From assembly GCA_051362555.1 (NCBI GenBank), contig CM120643.1:3348001-3412000 (forward strand): a stretch of DNA of 64,000 bases. Direction: 5' to 3'. This document shows positions 23,144-34,929 of the stretch, in pieces (position 1 is the stretch's first letter; each line of letters begins with the position of its first letter). This stretch comes from Lingula anatina. Taxonomy: Eukaryota > Animalia > Brachiopoda. Made by a program: the position numbers and the translations under genes. The notes beneath the pieces were generated by a model, which worked only from the letters and a program-made list of their open reading frames with translations, was not told the origin of the DNA and did no database searches.

Positions 23144-23329
23144 TTTACCTCTGCCAAGGAGGTTATATTTTCACCCCTGTTTGTCATCAACATAACTCAA
23201 AAAGTTATGGACCGATTTTGCTGAAATTTTCAGGAACTGTCAGAAGTGGGCCAAAGAGGACAAAAATCAATAATAATCAACAATTGCTACCTTGGCAGAG
23301 GTCTGCACTCTCGGAGTGCTTTTCTAGTT
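23144..23329 (+). mobile_element. Small HINE-like element nested in the large HINE (second copy 63255-63492)
   Basis: Head TTTACCTCTGCCAAGGAGGT; tail CCTTGGCAGAGGT + hairpin GCACTC-TCG-GAGTGC + TTTTCTAGTT. Empty site at ~17695. Confidence 0.75.
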
Positions 23330-23929
23330 TTGTTATGTTTTCCTTTATAATTTTTTCTCAAACACTTGCATTTGTGACTTTAAACTCTCATCCGCCTGAG
23401 ACTCTGACATTTCTGTTTTTCCACATAAGCAGTTGTATTGTTTTTTATGTCTTTCAACATTATGTTACTTATGTAATATTATTTTATGCACTGTCATCAT
23501 TTTTCAAATATTGAGACTTACATCATGTGAATTTGAACTCTCATGGTCCTGAAACTGTAATCTTATTGAAAGGGTAGATTGAGACCATCTTCTGGGACTT
23601 CCGGAAGACAGTCAGGTTATTAAGTTTATATTGCCTGGTATCTATTTTTTCTTCTGTTGGAAGACCATCAAAATGGAGGATGGATCAAAATAGATACTTT
23701 GGAATACTGTCAGAGAATATCTCTGGGTCCGCTCATGTTATTGACCATTTTACCTGTTGTGCATGATTATAAAATTCAGTGTTGACTGACAGTGCTATTA
23801 TAAGCATTATTTATTATTGCATCAAAATTAACAAAATGACCTTTTTTGCATCTTTATTTTCTGTTTTTTGTCTGTACATTTGACAGCTTTGCTGCCTTGT
23901 TCACCATCCCATTACGTTTATTTGCCGAT

Positions 23930-24617
23930 GTACATGTATCACAATACATGAAATCAGTCCCATCCTCATTTTTTTGATACCTTAATTAACCAAGCATAGA
24001 GCTTTGTCCAGTGTTGTTTGAAGGAACCGATTTTCCTTTTTGACTCCTTTTTTGCCTCGGTCAAACATTCATTCACGTCACTCTCACTCTCAGCCTCAAC
24101 GGCAGTCACAGTGATTACTGTTTCAGAAGTTTTCTCTAACTCGGCTTGACTCTGTCTCACCTTAAATATATTCAATATGGTCTGTTGGCTACTGTCTATT
24201 ATTAATTGCTTTTTCAGAGGAATGGTCGGATGGTCGCTGAACAGACGAACACGCTGCGCAAAATCTATTTTAGTCGAAAATAGGTCAAGTGTAGAGTGGA
24301 GTGTGCAAAGCAGACAAACAGTTTTGCCATTACTAACGATTGTTATTATTGGCTATTTGATGCGTAAACAGCCAATCAGCTGGCATTTAACACTTACAGT
24401 CTAACCGGAAGCTATTGTAACATTCAATACAACAACGGGAAAACAACATGATTAACCTACTTTAATGACTAGTATTTTATGCGGATCAGTGGACAGGTTA
24501 TTTACAAATCTCACACAATTTAAAATCTTTGCGTCCATGGAGACGCATATGCTATAAAACTCTGCATCTACAGTAAAAACTGTGTGTCAGGGACGCGGGA
24601 CAGAGGTAAAATGATCA

Positions 24618-24619
<2 letters not shown>
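23930..24619 (-). pseudogene. Fragment of a DNA transposon end with a hAT-like TTF zinc-finger start
   Basis: Minus-strand peptide KRKIGSFKQHWTKLYAWL resembles the hAT TTF-type ZnF motif F-x3-W-x4-WL. The region ends at CACTG followed by (TA)n. Confidence 0.4.
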
Positions 24620-24662
<43 letters not shown>

Positions 24663-24849
24663 AAAAAACTACATGCATTTTACTCTTTACAAATTAATAC
24701 ACAAGTGGTTATTCTGTCAAAAGAAATAGTTAGGTGGACTGTACCCCCAGGGCCCTACCCATCACTCAGTTTCACACCTGAACATAAAAAAAATGATTTA
24801 CCAATACAATAAAATTAGTTGTCATCATTTGTTATATATGGCTGCTCTC

Positions 24850-25260
24850 GCTAAACACCTCGCAACATCAAACTGTACCCATCACCCATGAAAGGATTGA
24901 ATCTAAGCCCCATTGATCCAGTTGCTGCATAATAATGGATATGCCCTCCACTGCCATGGCTTGTGCCCATTCCATCGAAGCTTTGAAGGCACTGAAAAAA
25001 GGTTTTATGCGAAATTCCATCTCATCAAAGTTGTTTTGTGGTTTGCTGTTAAAATTGTCACAAGTCCTGCACATTGTACACATGTAATGTGCATCTAGCA
25101 CTTTACCAGTGTCTACTGAAATTGGGGTCATGAATCATTGCTTTGAGTTTCTTCTTGTCTGCCAATTAAGAGCCATCATTCGTAATCCCACAGTTTACGA
25201 TCTCATCAATATCAACATCACTTCTCCATAGAAACTTTTTTCATGGGAATAGCAGCAGCC
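24850..25260 (-). pseudogene. Mutator-like transposase fragment
   Basis: Frameshifted motifs NDGS..WQTRR, ISVDTGKVLD..CTMCRTC, AMAVEG and GLRFNPFMGDGYS (degenerate GDGDS). Confidence 0.7.
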
Positions 25261-25359
25261 ATCATGCTATCCCCTCCCAGTTCTCAGGACCTGTCTCCCA
25301 AGGCTTGGGTATGCTTTATCCAGCTACATGTAAGTCTACATCCATAAGCTCTAGACTAC

Positions 25360-26345
25360 CTTCCCTTCTAATTACTTCAGGGATCACCTTGTGAATTCGA
25401 TTTATGTACTTTGTACACTTAGTGGCATCTACTGTTTCCCAAAACTGTCTGATTCCAGAAACTATAAGTCATTCCTGGTGCTTGGCTTTATATATTTCCG
25501 GAGGTAATGTTTTGCCTTGGCCCAGAGATTCTCAATTGGGTTCAGATCTGGGCTTTCAGGGGGTGTCTGGAACAAGTTCACATGATTGTGTTTCCTCAAA
25601 AATTCCTTTGCCAATTAACCTACTCATATGTTTTGAATCGTTGTCCTGCTGGCAGCAGTCCGGAAGCAGGTATCTGGCTCAGATAAATGGCAGCAGGTAT
25701 TTTCCCAGAATCTTGGTGGAAAATGATGCATTCATTATTCCTTTGAATATACATAATCCGGTTCAATCCAAGGTGTCTTCCCTTTTCAATCATGAGTGAG
25801 TGATTTGAACATCAAAGCAAGCATTAAGCTTTGAAGTTGGGAGGGGGGGATCACATTGCTACGATACAAAACTACATAAAATTTTAACCAAATATTTTAT
25901 ATTTAAAAAGCCTATCAATTGCCAGAAGCTCTGCCTTCCCTTCTAATCACTTCAGGGATCACTTTGTGTGTATGATTTATGTACTTTGTACATTTATTAG
26001 CGTCCACTGTTTCCCAAAACTGTCAGATTCCAGCAACTAAGTCGTTCCTGGTGCTCAGCTTTATATGTTTCTAGAGGTAATGTTTTGCCTTGGCCCAGAG
26101 ATTCTCTATTGGGTTTAGATCTGGGCTTTCTGGGGGTGTCTGGAATCAGGTCACATTGTGGGTCCTGAAGAATTCCTGTTCTGACCTACTCGTATGTTTT
26201 GAATCATTGTCCTGCTGGAAGCAGTGCCGTCGCGGCTATCTGGCTCTGATAAATGGCGGCAGGTATTCTCCCAGAATCTTTGTGTAAAATTATGCATTCG
26301 TTATTCCTTTGAATATACATATCTTGGTGGTACCCCTCTTGGAAA
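25360..26345 (-). pseudogene. Two tandem decayed Tc1-like (DD34E) transposase C-terminal fragments
   Basis: QQDNDSKH and SPDLNPIENLWAK motifs in both 25360-25760 and 25935-26345, with stops and frameshifts. Confidence 0.85.
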
Positions 26346-28235
26346 TACCTACAAACATAGAAAATCTAGAAATAAAAATACATCCATATCAAAATAAACA
26401 ATCTTTTTGTGTGTGAATAATATATGTATACACTGTTCTTAGCTCTATGTGGCAAAATATTTTGACTAGTTTTCAATACTTAAGTTATATTAATGACCTT
26501 TATCTATGGCATTATTTCACTATCACTTTTTGAAAACATGTCTCAATTCCCTGATCAAACCACTTACCTCTTCCTTTTCATCTGGAGACAAATTATGTTG
26601 GGATATTTCTAACTCTATTTGAACGTAGCTGCTGTATTGCTGATTAGCTGGTCACTAAAACAAAAAAAAGCAATATATATCTTATAAAATTAATACAAAA
26701 TAATAAAACAAGTCTCCATAAATACATAGAATTAATTTAAAACAAACCCAGGCCTACCCAACTACCAGACTCGGCACCTACGGGTCCAGAATAAACCGGT
26801 ATATCTGACCACACTACCTGTTTTCAAGGTGTGTGTGTAACAGTAACTACGCATGCGCTTCTCTTGTATATTGGATGCGATAGTGCTGCCACGTAGTGTC
26901 ACTTAGATTTTACTTGACGGCGGCACGCGTCCGACGCTCTTAGAAGGTTTAGGCCCCAAACGAGGTAAATCAAGATTTAATCTTTCATTATATTATTATT
27001 TTTATTAGAAATCAAAACTTTGTAGTTATCGTCTCGATTTACAAGTTGTTTATCACTCAATTTCAGAATTATTGTTAGTTTAAGAAGTTTCCATGTCAGC
27101 GTATGTGTTCGTAGGACTACATGTATGTTTTATGTTTATTTTAGTTCCACGGGAATAATATTTCGTCGGAACCGAATGGGAATAAAGATTTTACCACCAA
27201 TTTGATCCAGTTTTTATTATTTATTTATTTATTTAAAAGACGCGTGCTGCTACAGTGGAACTCTTAGTGGAACTCGTAGTAGAACTCGTAGCATGGAGAT
27301 CGATACAGAGATTATTGCAGACGATACGGGAAATTTAGAGAGAACTGGAATTGTAGGAGAGATTTGTTAATATAATATTGGACAAAATGACATTTAATTT
27401 GTGAATCATCGACCTTGAATATTTTGAAACATTTCCAAGCTTGATGTGGACGACTGATATGAGAAACTTTTGTTGATTCCCGCCTTGGAAGATGCGAGAT
27501 TTCCCGCCCTTTGATGACGCTATGTTCCCGCCTTTGGTAGTGACAAGTTTTCCAGCCTATCACGATGTGTGCCTTTGGTCACGTGACTGGTTTCCCGCCT
27601 CTGATCCAGTGACAGTTCTGCCTACGTAAATTTGTATCACTTTACTACATTTATGGACTCACGTAATACAATGTATCAATTTATGACTTGAACATTGAAA
27701 CAAATATTGGACAATTTATTATTTAGATAAAGTGATAGCGTCAATTCATTTGTTTATGTAAACAAACTAGTAGACATTTAAAGTACTTTTGAACAATTGA
27801 AAACAGTAACACAGTGTCAGTTGAATGTTTTTTGCCTGAATGTTTAATTGAGTACGGCAGAGGACAATCCAGGAACACTATGCTAGCACACCACAGCATA
27901 CACAGCTGATTGCTTTGAATATCTTGCATTAATTTGATCAAGTTTACGTTGTTGTTTTTACTGTTTAGCTATCTTTAATTTGTGTATTCATTTTTACAGC
28001 ACCAGATTTACATAGAGCAGATCAGTTATCTACATTGAGCAGTGGTGGCTTGTCAGGCACAGCACATACATGGTAGCGGCAGGTAGAAAGCATGGGAATT
28101 TTTAATTGTTTTATGCCCACCCTGGAAAGGGGGCATATATAGCGTTCCTTATGACATTCGTCTGTTCACACCGTGATTCATTCCATTGTCTAGCCTGCTT
28201 GGTTCTATAGTCTTGAATCTTTGTTTAAATAAGGT

Positions 28236-31200
28236 ATGTCTTTAGTCAATCTACCAGTGTCTGATGTTACTTTGAAGGAAATCAGACGTTCTGTGAGTGT
28301 CCCCTCTCTAGTAAATGAAAGGGCAGAACTCAAGAAACGTATACGGCCATTGACTGAAAAGGGTATACAGTGGCAGATGGATAGAAATAGACAGCATTTG
28401 CGAAATGCAATTTCTAGTTGGCGCAAGCAAGCGGCCAAGCTTGAAATAATAGCTGATGACTGTAGTGATGTAGGCCTTCTAAGGACTACACGGAATGAAA
28501 TCTGTACAGCTTTAGATTGTGTACAGAAATCCTTTCATGATGTTGAAACATGTGGTGGTTTAGATGAAGATTTAAGGGTAAAGGTAGAGACCATAGAGGA
28601 AGAACATTTGCACCTTCTCAGAAGGACAGGTAATCGTATTAGGTTGCTTGAGTTGGATGATCAAGGTTCGCATATTTCTAGACAATCAAGTTGTAGGTCC
28701 TTTGCTGAATCTGAAGTAGCCAGCGAAAGATCGCACAGGTCAAGAATTGAAACTCTCCAGGCTCAGATTAAACATTCTGAGTTGGAAGAACAGAAAAGAC
28801 ATGAGCTTCTGAAAATCCAATCAGAATTGAAACGCTTACAGTTGAATAAAGAGCTAGAAATAGTCCAAGCAGAGTTATTAGATGATGTTGCATATGTTGA
28901 TAAGGATCAAATACCTATGAAGTCTGAATCTCGTAGTGACCATGCAGTCCATCCCAAGGCTCTCCTCAGCTGTGACACTTATGAATCCCTTGTTCAAAAT
29001 CTGCTAATAAGCAGACTTCCAATTCCAGAACCTGCAATTTTCGATGGTAGATCATTGCAGTATCCAAGCTGGAAAGCAGCATTCACAGCTCTTATCTCTC
29101 ACCACAAAATACCCAACATAGAAAGGTTGTACTACTTAAAGAAGTATGTCAGAGGAGTGGCAAAAGAGTGCATAGAGGGTTGTTTTCTTATCAGCACAGA
29201 AAATTCATTTGACGAGGCCATGTCCATCCTGGAAGAAAGGTTTGGCAGTCCATTTGCCATTGTCTCAGCCTTCAGAGATAAACTTAGTAAGTGGCCAAAT
29301 GTGTCTGGGTCGGATGGTACTGGACTCTTGAAATTGTCTGATTTCCTTAATCAGATAAAAGCAGCCATGTCTTGTTATCCTGGGCTGAATATCCTTAATG
29401 ATGAAAGAGAAAACCAAAACATTCTGCATAAGTTACCTGACTGGCTTATAGCTAGGTGGGGTAGAATGGTCGTTGAACGGAAAGCAAAGGGTTCTTTCCC
29501 AACCTTTAATGAATTTGCAGAATTCTTGAGCAAGGAAGCAAAGATTGCTAGTGACCCTGTTGTGTCTGTTCAGTCTTTAAAACAAAGGGGTAAAGAAGGA
29601 CCCAAGGGTGATAAAAGGTTGAGCTCATTCTTCCTTAATGATAATGAAAGTGAGTCAAGGCAAAGGGAGCAGGCACAAAATGAAAGACCTGCTGTGAGTA
29701 CTAGTAGACATACTCAAAGTAGAATTCAGACTCATGTAGATACAGTCAATTATAGACAGAGTTCAAACAGACAAACAAACATCACAAAATGTCATTTGTG
29801 TAAAGGGCCCCATGATCTGGATAACTGTAGCCAGTTTAAGGCCAAACCTATGCTAGAACGTGAAAGGTATGTAAGAGAGCAATTTCTATGTTTTAAATGT
29901 CTCTCACCAGGGCATCAATCCAAGGATTGCTTAGCCAAAAAGACTTGTCCAACCTGTAACAAATTACACCCTACTAGCCTCCATAAGACCCCACGTCAGA
30001 CAAGTAGTACAGTCCCTCATACAAGTTCTCTGTCTTTCATGAGTGAGACCGTAGACCGAGACAAGATTTCCATGATTGTACCAGTGTGGTTATCTCATAC
30101 CAGTGAACCTGAGAAGGAATGCTTGGTATATGCTCTTCTTGATACCCAATCAGACACTACCTTTGTCTCTGACAGTGTGGTTAAGGACTTAGATATGACA
30201 GGGACTCCTACAAATTTGCGTCTGTCGACCATGACTACCAGCGCGACAATTAAGTCAAATAGAATGACTGGTTTACAGATTAGAGGTTATAGAAATGATG
30301 AAAAAATTATGTTGCCTGTTACATATACAAGGAAGTCAATTCCGGCAAATAGAGATCACATCCCTACATACGACACAGCTAGAAAGTGGCCGTACTTGAG
30401 TGGCATGGCAGATAGTTTGCCACCACTATTAGATGTAGATATAGGACTTTTAGTAGGATATAATTGTCCTAAAGCTCTGTTGCCCACTGAGGTGATAGCA
30501 CCTCAAGGCAATGGCCCATTTGCACAGAAAACGGTGTTGGGTTGGGGAATAGTAGGCATAGTTGAACCCCTTGTTGAAGAGTCCTTAGACCCCATAGGAG
30601 TTAGCCATAGGGTGTTAACCTATAGGTCGTCTGTAGATAAGGTCTCATTTGCTGTACGCAACAGTGTCAAAGAAGTAGTGACTGACACTGCAGGGGATTT
30701 GGAAGCCATTGCCCCATCTCGTTTAGACCGTCAATTTCTAGATATTATGGAAAAGGGATGTAAAAAAAGTGACAATGGAGTGCACTATGAGATGCCACTC
30801 CCATTTAGAAATAGTACACCCCGTCTCCCCAGCAATAGGGATCAGGCATTGTCTAGACTTATGACTCTGAAGAAAAGATTTGTTCGTGACCCTGATTTCA
30901 AGAAAGATTATTACACTTTCATGAATGACATTCTCTCTAACGAGTATGCAGAGAGGGTGCCTATAGAGGACTTGGACAAAGGGGGGTCATGGTATATTCC
31001 TCACCATGGGGTATATCACCCAAATAAGCCCAAAAAGATACGGGTTGTGTTCCATTGTGCTGCTAGGCATCAAAATAGGTGTCTAAATGATGAGCTACTT
31101 ACTGGCCCGGACATGATGAACTCATTGTTTGGAGTTCTTTGCAGGTTTAGACAAGAACACGTTGCTGTTACATGTGATGTGCAGCAAATGTTTTTCCAAT

Positions 31201-32093
31201 TTAAAGTGTCTGAGAGCCACAGAGATTTCCTTCGTTTTCTCTGGTGGCCAACAGACGATTTTTCACTTGCCCCAGTCGACTACAGGATGAAGGTACATTT
31301 GTTTGGTGCCACCTCTTCTCCTGGGTGCTCAACCTATGGCTTCAGACAGATGGCGTTAGATTCTCAGGCCGAGTTTGGAGATGGTGTTACCAATTTCTTG
31401 CTACACAACTTCTATGTTGATGATGGATTGATATCCCTTCCTTCAGTTGATGAAGCCAGGAACTTAGTTGTTAGTAGTATGAAGGCATGCAAAAATAGTG
31501 GTTTGCACCTTCACAAGTTCACTTCCAATAGGAAGGAAGTACTTGATGTTGTTGAGAAGGATGATAGTGTTTTACGCACCTTTATGTCTGAGGTCATGGC
31601 AATTATAAATTGCAGACCTTTGACTGTTGATTGTTTAAATGACCCAATGTCACCAGAACCATTGACTCCAAATCACATTTTAACTGGCAAATCCAGTGTG
31701 GTGTGCCCCCCACCTGGTGAATTTCAGAGAGAGGATCTTTACTTAAGAAAATACTGGAGACGTGTACAGTATTTAGCTGATCAATTTTGGAAGAGATGGA
31801 GCAAAGAATATCTATCTCAGTTGCAGTCTAGACAAAAATGGTGTAAGTCTAGAAAAAATCTGCAAATTGGAGACATTGTTTTAGTCAAGGATGAAAATTT
31901 GCCTAGAAACTCTTGGCCTCTAGCCAGAGTGCACAGTGTGTATCCAAGTGAGGATGGATACATTAGGAAAGTTCAAGTTGCAATGAGCACTAAATGTTTG
32001 GATTCTCGTGGTCGACGAGACAGTCCACTTATGCTTTTGGACAGGCCCATTCAGAAATTAGTATTCATAATGCCCAACCCAAACTTTGAATAA
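28236..32093 (+). CDS. BEL/Pao gag-pol polyprotein lacking RNase H and most of the integrase (in-frame deletion)
   Basis: DUF1759-like gag (FDGRSLQYPSWKAAF), three CCHC knuckles, protease LLDTQSD, RT YIPHHGV/FGATSSP/FYVDD. It then jumps directly to the integrase C-terminus LRTFMSEVMAIINCRPL and WRRVQYLADQFWKRW. Confidence 0.93.
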   Translation: MSLVNLPVSDVTLKEIRRSVSVPSLVNERAELKKRIRPLTEKGIQWQMDRNRQHLRNAISSWRKQAAKLEIIADDCSDVGLLRTTRNEICTALDCVQKSFHDVETCGGLDEDLRVKVETIEEEHLHLLRRTGNRIRLLELDDQGSHISRQSSCRSFAESEVASERSHRSRIETLQAQIKHSELEEQKRHELLKIQSELKRLQLNKELEIVQAELLDDVAYVDKDQIPMKSESRSDHAVHPKALLSCDTYESLVQNLLISRLPIPEPAIFDGRSLQYPSWKAAFTALISHHKIPNIERLYYLKKYVRGVAKECIEGCFLISTENSFDEAMSILEERFGSPFAIVSAFRDKLSKWPNVSGSDGTGLLKLSDFLNQIKAAMSCYPGLNILNDERENQNILHKLPDWLIARWGRMVVERKAKGSFPTFNEFAEFLSKEAKIASDPVVSVQSLKQRGKEGPKGDKRLSSFFLNDNESESRQREQAQNERPAVSTSRHTQSRIQTHVDTVNYRQSSNRQTNITKCHLCKGPHDLDNCSQFKAKPMLERERYVREQFLCFKCLSPGHQSKDCLAKKTCPTCNKLHPTSLHKTPRQTSSTVPHTSSLSFMSETVDRDKISMIVPVWLSHTSEPEKECLVYALLDTQSDTTFVSDSVVKDLDMTGTPTNLRLSTMTTSATIKSNRMTGLQIRGYRNDEKIMLPVTYTRKSIPANRDHIPTYDTARKWPYLSGMADSLPPLLDVDIGLLVGYNCPKALLPTEVIAPQGNGPFAQKTVLGWGIVGIVEPLVEESLDPIGVSHRVLTYRSSVDKVSFAVRNSVKEVVTDTAGDLEAIAPSRLDRQFLDIMEKGCKKSDNGVHYEMPLPFRNSTPRLPSNRDQALSRLMTLKKRFVRDPDFKKDYYTFMNDILSNEYAERVPIEDLDKGGSWYIPHHGVYHPNKPKKIRVVFHCAARHQNRCLNDELLTGPDMMNSLFGVLCRFRQEHVAVTCDVQQMFFQFKVSESHRDFLRFLWWPTDDFSLAPVDYRMKVHLFGATSSPGCSTYGFRQMALDSQAEFGDGVTNFLLHNFYVDDGLISLPSVDEARNLVVSSMKACKNSGLHLHKFTSNRKEVLDVVEKDDSVLRTFMSEVMAIINCRPLTVDCLNDPMSPEPLTPNHILTGKSSVVCPPPGEFQREDLYLRKYWRRVQYLADQFWKRWSKEYLSQLQSRQKWCKSRKNLQIGDIVLVKDENLPRNSWPLARVHSVYPSEDGYIRKVQVAMSTKCLDSRGRRDSPLMLLDRPIQKLVFIMPNPNFE

Positions 32094-32234
32094 AATGATT
32101 GCTTTAACCAGGGTGTATTCACCGTCGGGAGCCAATGTTTTTCTCCTGCTACAACTGTCTGTTGATTGCATATGTATGATGTGCTGTGTATGACTTGCCA
32201 CAACACAATTTTGTTATTAATCTTTGAGCTATTT

Positions 32235-32510
32235 TGTAATGTTTAGAGATTAGTAATTGTTAACGTTAGTTAGTTAACTAGTATGTAATGTTTAGAGATT
32301 CGTAATTGTTAACGTTAGTTAACTAGTATGTAATGTTTAGAGATTCGTAATTGTTAACATTAGTTAACTAGTATGTAATGTTAAGAGATTCGTAATTGTT
32401 AATGTTAGTTAGTTAACTAGTATGTAATGTTTAGAGATTTATAATTGCAATTGTTAACGTTAGTTTAGTTAACTAGTATGCAATGTTTAATGATTCATAA
32501 TTGTAAGTGT
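32235..32510. repeat. ~50-bp tandem repeat in the BEL 3' UTR
   Basis: About five units of TGTAATGTTTAGAGATTCGTAATTGTTAACGTTAGTTAACTAGTA. Confidence 0.9.
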
Positions 32511-34929
32511 TAAAGGTAGTATTGTTGCTTGACAAGCATCTGACATTAAATATCTTTAAAATATTGTTATATGCTGACATTAAATAGCTTATGAGAATTT
32601 CAAGTTTGTGGAAAATACAATTTTATGTAAATGTGTATTTTGAGGAGCCATGTAACAGTAACTACGCATGCGCTTCTCTTGTATATTGGATGCGATAGTG
32701 CTGCCACGTAGTGTCACTTAGATTTTACTTGACGGCGGCACGCGTCCGACGCTCTTAGAAGGTTTAGGCTCCAAACGAGGTAAATCAAGATTTAATCTTT
32801 CATTATATTATTATTTTTATTAGAAATCAAAACTTTGTAGTTATCGTCTCGATTTACAAGTTGTTTATCACTCAATTTCAGAATTATTGTTAGTTTAAGA
32901 AGTTTCCATGTCAGCGTATGTGTTCGTAGGACTACATGTATGTTTTATGTTTATTTTAGTTCCACGGGAATAATATTTCGTCGGAACCGAATGGGAATAA
33001 AGATTTTACCACCAATTTGATCCAGTTTTTATTATTTATTTATTTATTTAAAAGACGCGTGCTGCTACAGTGTGTCAGATCGCATAAAAGAGTATCATAC
33101 CCTATCACAAATTCTGTAAGCCTACCTGTCATCTGGGTATCGCGCCTCGTTTTCGTCAAGTAGGAGTCGTATGAATACAACAGACGACTCCCTCAATCAA
33201 GCGGTGGAAACGCGCTACTTATATGATTAAGACGAGCCTAGCCGTCAGTACCGGTTATTGTTTTGTGACCTTGAGGAGCAATTAGGTTTGGTCGTTGCGG
33301 CACGCATGGACAGTAGTTGAACTACCACACCTGGGTCTTTTGTTTTTGACAACCTATCACTCGTCATCGAGGCGCTTGTTCAAGACTACAGGCTGATATC
33401 TACTAGTACTACCAGTGGCTTCATTAGTAACGTTCCCACAATACTTAAGTTTCTGTCCGTGCGTACAAACCCTGAAAAAGGACAGCCTCGCTGACGAGAA
33501 CAATGGACGTTTCTCACCCCTCTCTAGGATTACCCTTGCCCTCAATCTCGTCCATCCCGGTAGTCATGAAAATATTTAACTCCCGACAGAATATGCTTCC
33601 GCTATCAAAATTAGGTCTACTTTTCTAAATTAATACATAAGTTTGCAAGTTCTTATTTACAAAACATCATTGGCTATGTCCGAACCTAAATTTTATGTTA
33701 AAAATTGCGGTACTCTCAGATTTTAGCATAAACAGAGAAAATTGCAGCAGCGCATGAATCTAGATGAGATGCACTACTTTCTAACCCCGCTTAGGATCAT
33801 TGCTATCACATCGCGCACCAGGCAAAATCGGTGTGGTGGCTGATACTCTGTAATGCGATCTGACACACACCTTGAAAACGGGTAGTGTGGTCTTATAAAC
33901 CGGTTTATACTGGACCCGTAGGTGCCGAGTCTGGTAGTTGGGAAGGCCTGAAACCTAAACTTACATAACTGTAGAGTCATGGCAAGAGAACCATTTTTAT
34001 AGGTCCCTCTCCTCTCTCATTCAGGTAACAGTGTGATCTAGGTGTGGTCTCATGACTGTCACATGACTGATTATATATTCTTCACACCTGACTGATACAG
34101 TGAACACATCAACTCTCAATTTCATGTAGTTATCCCAGAACACGTACATGCTTTTCTTTACCGTGCTCCTGGAATAATAATAATAATAAAGCATGCACTG
34201 ATGCAAAAAAGTTGAAAGTGACTGTCTCTTTCTATATGAAACTTGGCATTAAGACCCAACTTAGTTATTCCATAGACTAAAAGAAAAAAATTGGTCTGGG
34301 ATAAATAAACTGGTGTCAAAAATATAAAAATAAAGCAATTTAAATCAATTCAACATTTCAAAATACTAATGATGAAGCACTGATTCAGAAAATGTTAAAA
34401 GTGTGCTCTTTTATAGAAACTAACTCTGCAGGCAGAACTCTTCCTACGGCTGAACTCTCTAGGAAGGCCAGGGCTATTGTTGCAGACAGTTGCTGGGGTG
34501 TAAAAAAAAACATCCAAAAGCTTTTTTTAGCACGAAGTTGCTGGGCTTTTTGAGACACTTGAACAGGGTCTCCACCAGCCACTGGCTGCCCACCGCCAGA
34601 TCTGTTCCTTCCAGATGAGTCATCCCTTTATCAGGTTCTTCTCCACTCTGTAGGACCACCTGAAATATTATAAAAAAATGAAGGGGGGGGGGGGTCTGAT
34701 GAGACACGTAACATGTCAGTAGAGGTGGGTGAAAGGGTGCCAAAGGTAGGGGGCATGCTGACCTAAGGATGGAAAGTCACCATGTTTTCTTTATTATAGC
34801 TACAAAGACTAGTATAAAAATTGAACCCTTTGTACTGAACATACTAACTGAAGGAAGCTTTCGCTCACTTACGATCACTTACACAAGTAAACCTTTCACT
34901 CTCATGTTCAATCCCAGGTCTGTTGCTCT

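Larger units (their letters stand above)
14938..23901 (+). mobile_element. HINE/DINE-1-like element, copy 2, with ~161-bp tandem repeats; interrupted by 15838-16062 and 19113-23077
   Basis: Same palindromic head as 9915. ACCGATAACACGATAAGTGGAAAAC (one copy with mismatches) recurs at 15015, 15176, 15337, 15500 and 15661. Same 3' end at 23869-23901; largely colinear with 59018-64000. Confidence 0.8.
26836..33069 (+). mobile_element. BEL/Pao LTR retrotransposon, internally deleted
   Basis: 419-bp LTRs TGTAACAG...GCTGCTACA at 26836-27254 and 32651-33069 (one difference seen by eye). TSD GTGTG at 26831-26835 and 33070-33074. Short PPT TGAGGAGCCA. Confidence 0.96.
26749..33950. mobile_element. ~950-bp MITE with ~95-bp TIRs and 5-bp TSD (AAACC), interrupted by the BEL element
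   Basis: Termini CAGGCCTACCCAACTACCAGACTCGGCACC and GGTGCCGAGTCTGGTAGTTGGGAAGGCCTG; AAACC at 26744-26748 and 33951-33955. Intact inverted copy at 59711-60660. Confidence 0.92.

Noticed and set aside
28108-28170. HINE-like head (TTTTATGCCC..GGGGCATA) in the BEL leader
   Set aside because: Only a short hairpin; no matching 3' end was found.
34385-34743. Possible host exon on the minus strand (TTTCAG acceptor near 34660)
   Set aside because: No recognisable protein, a short frame, and no partner exons.
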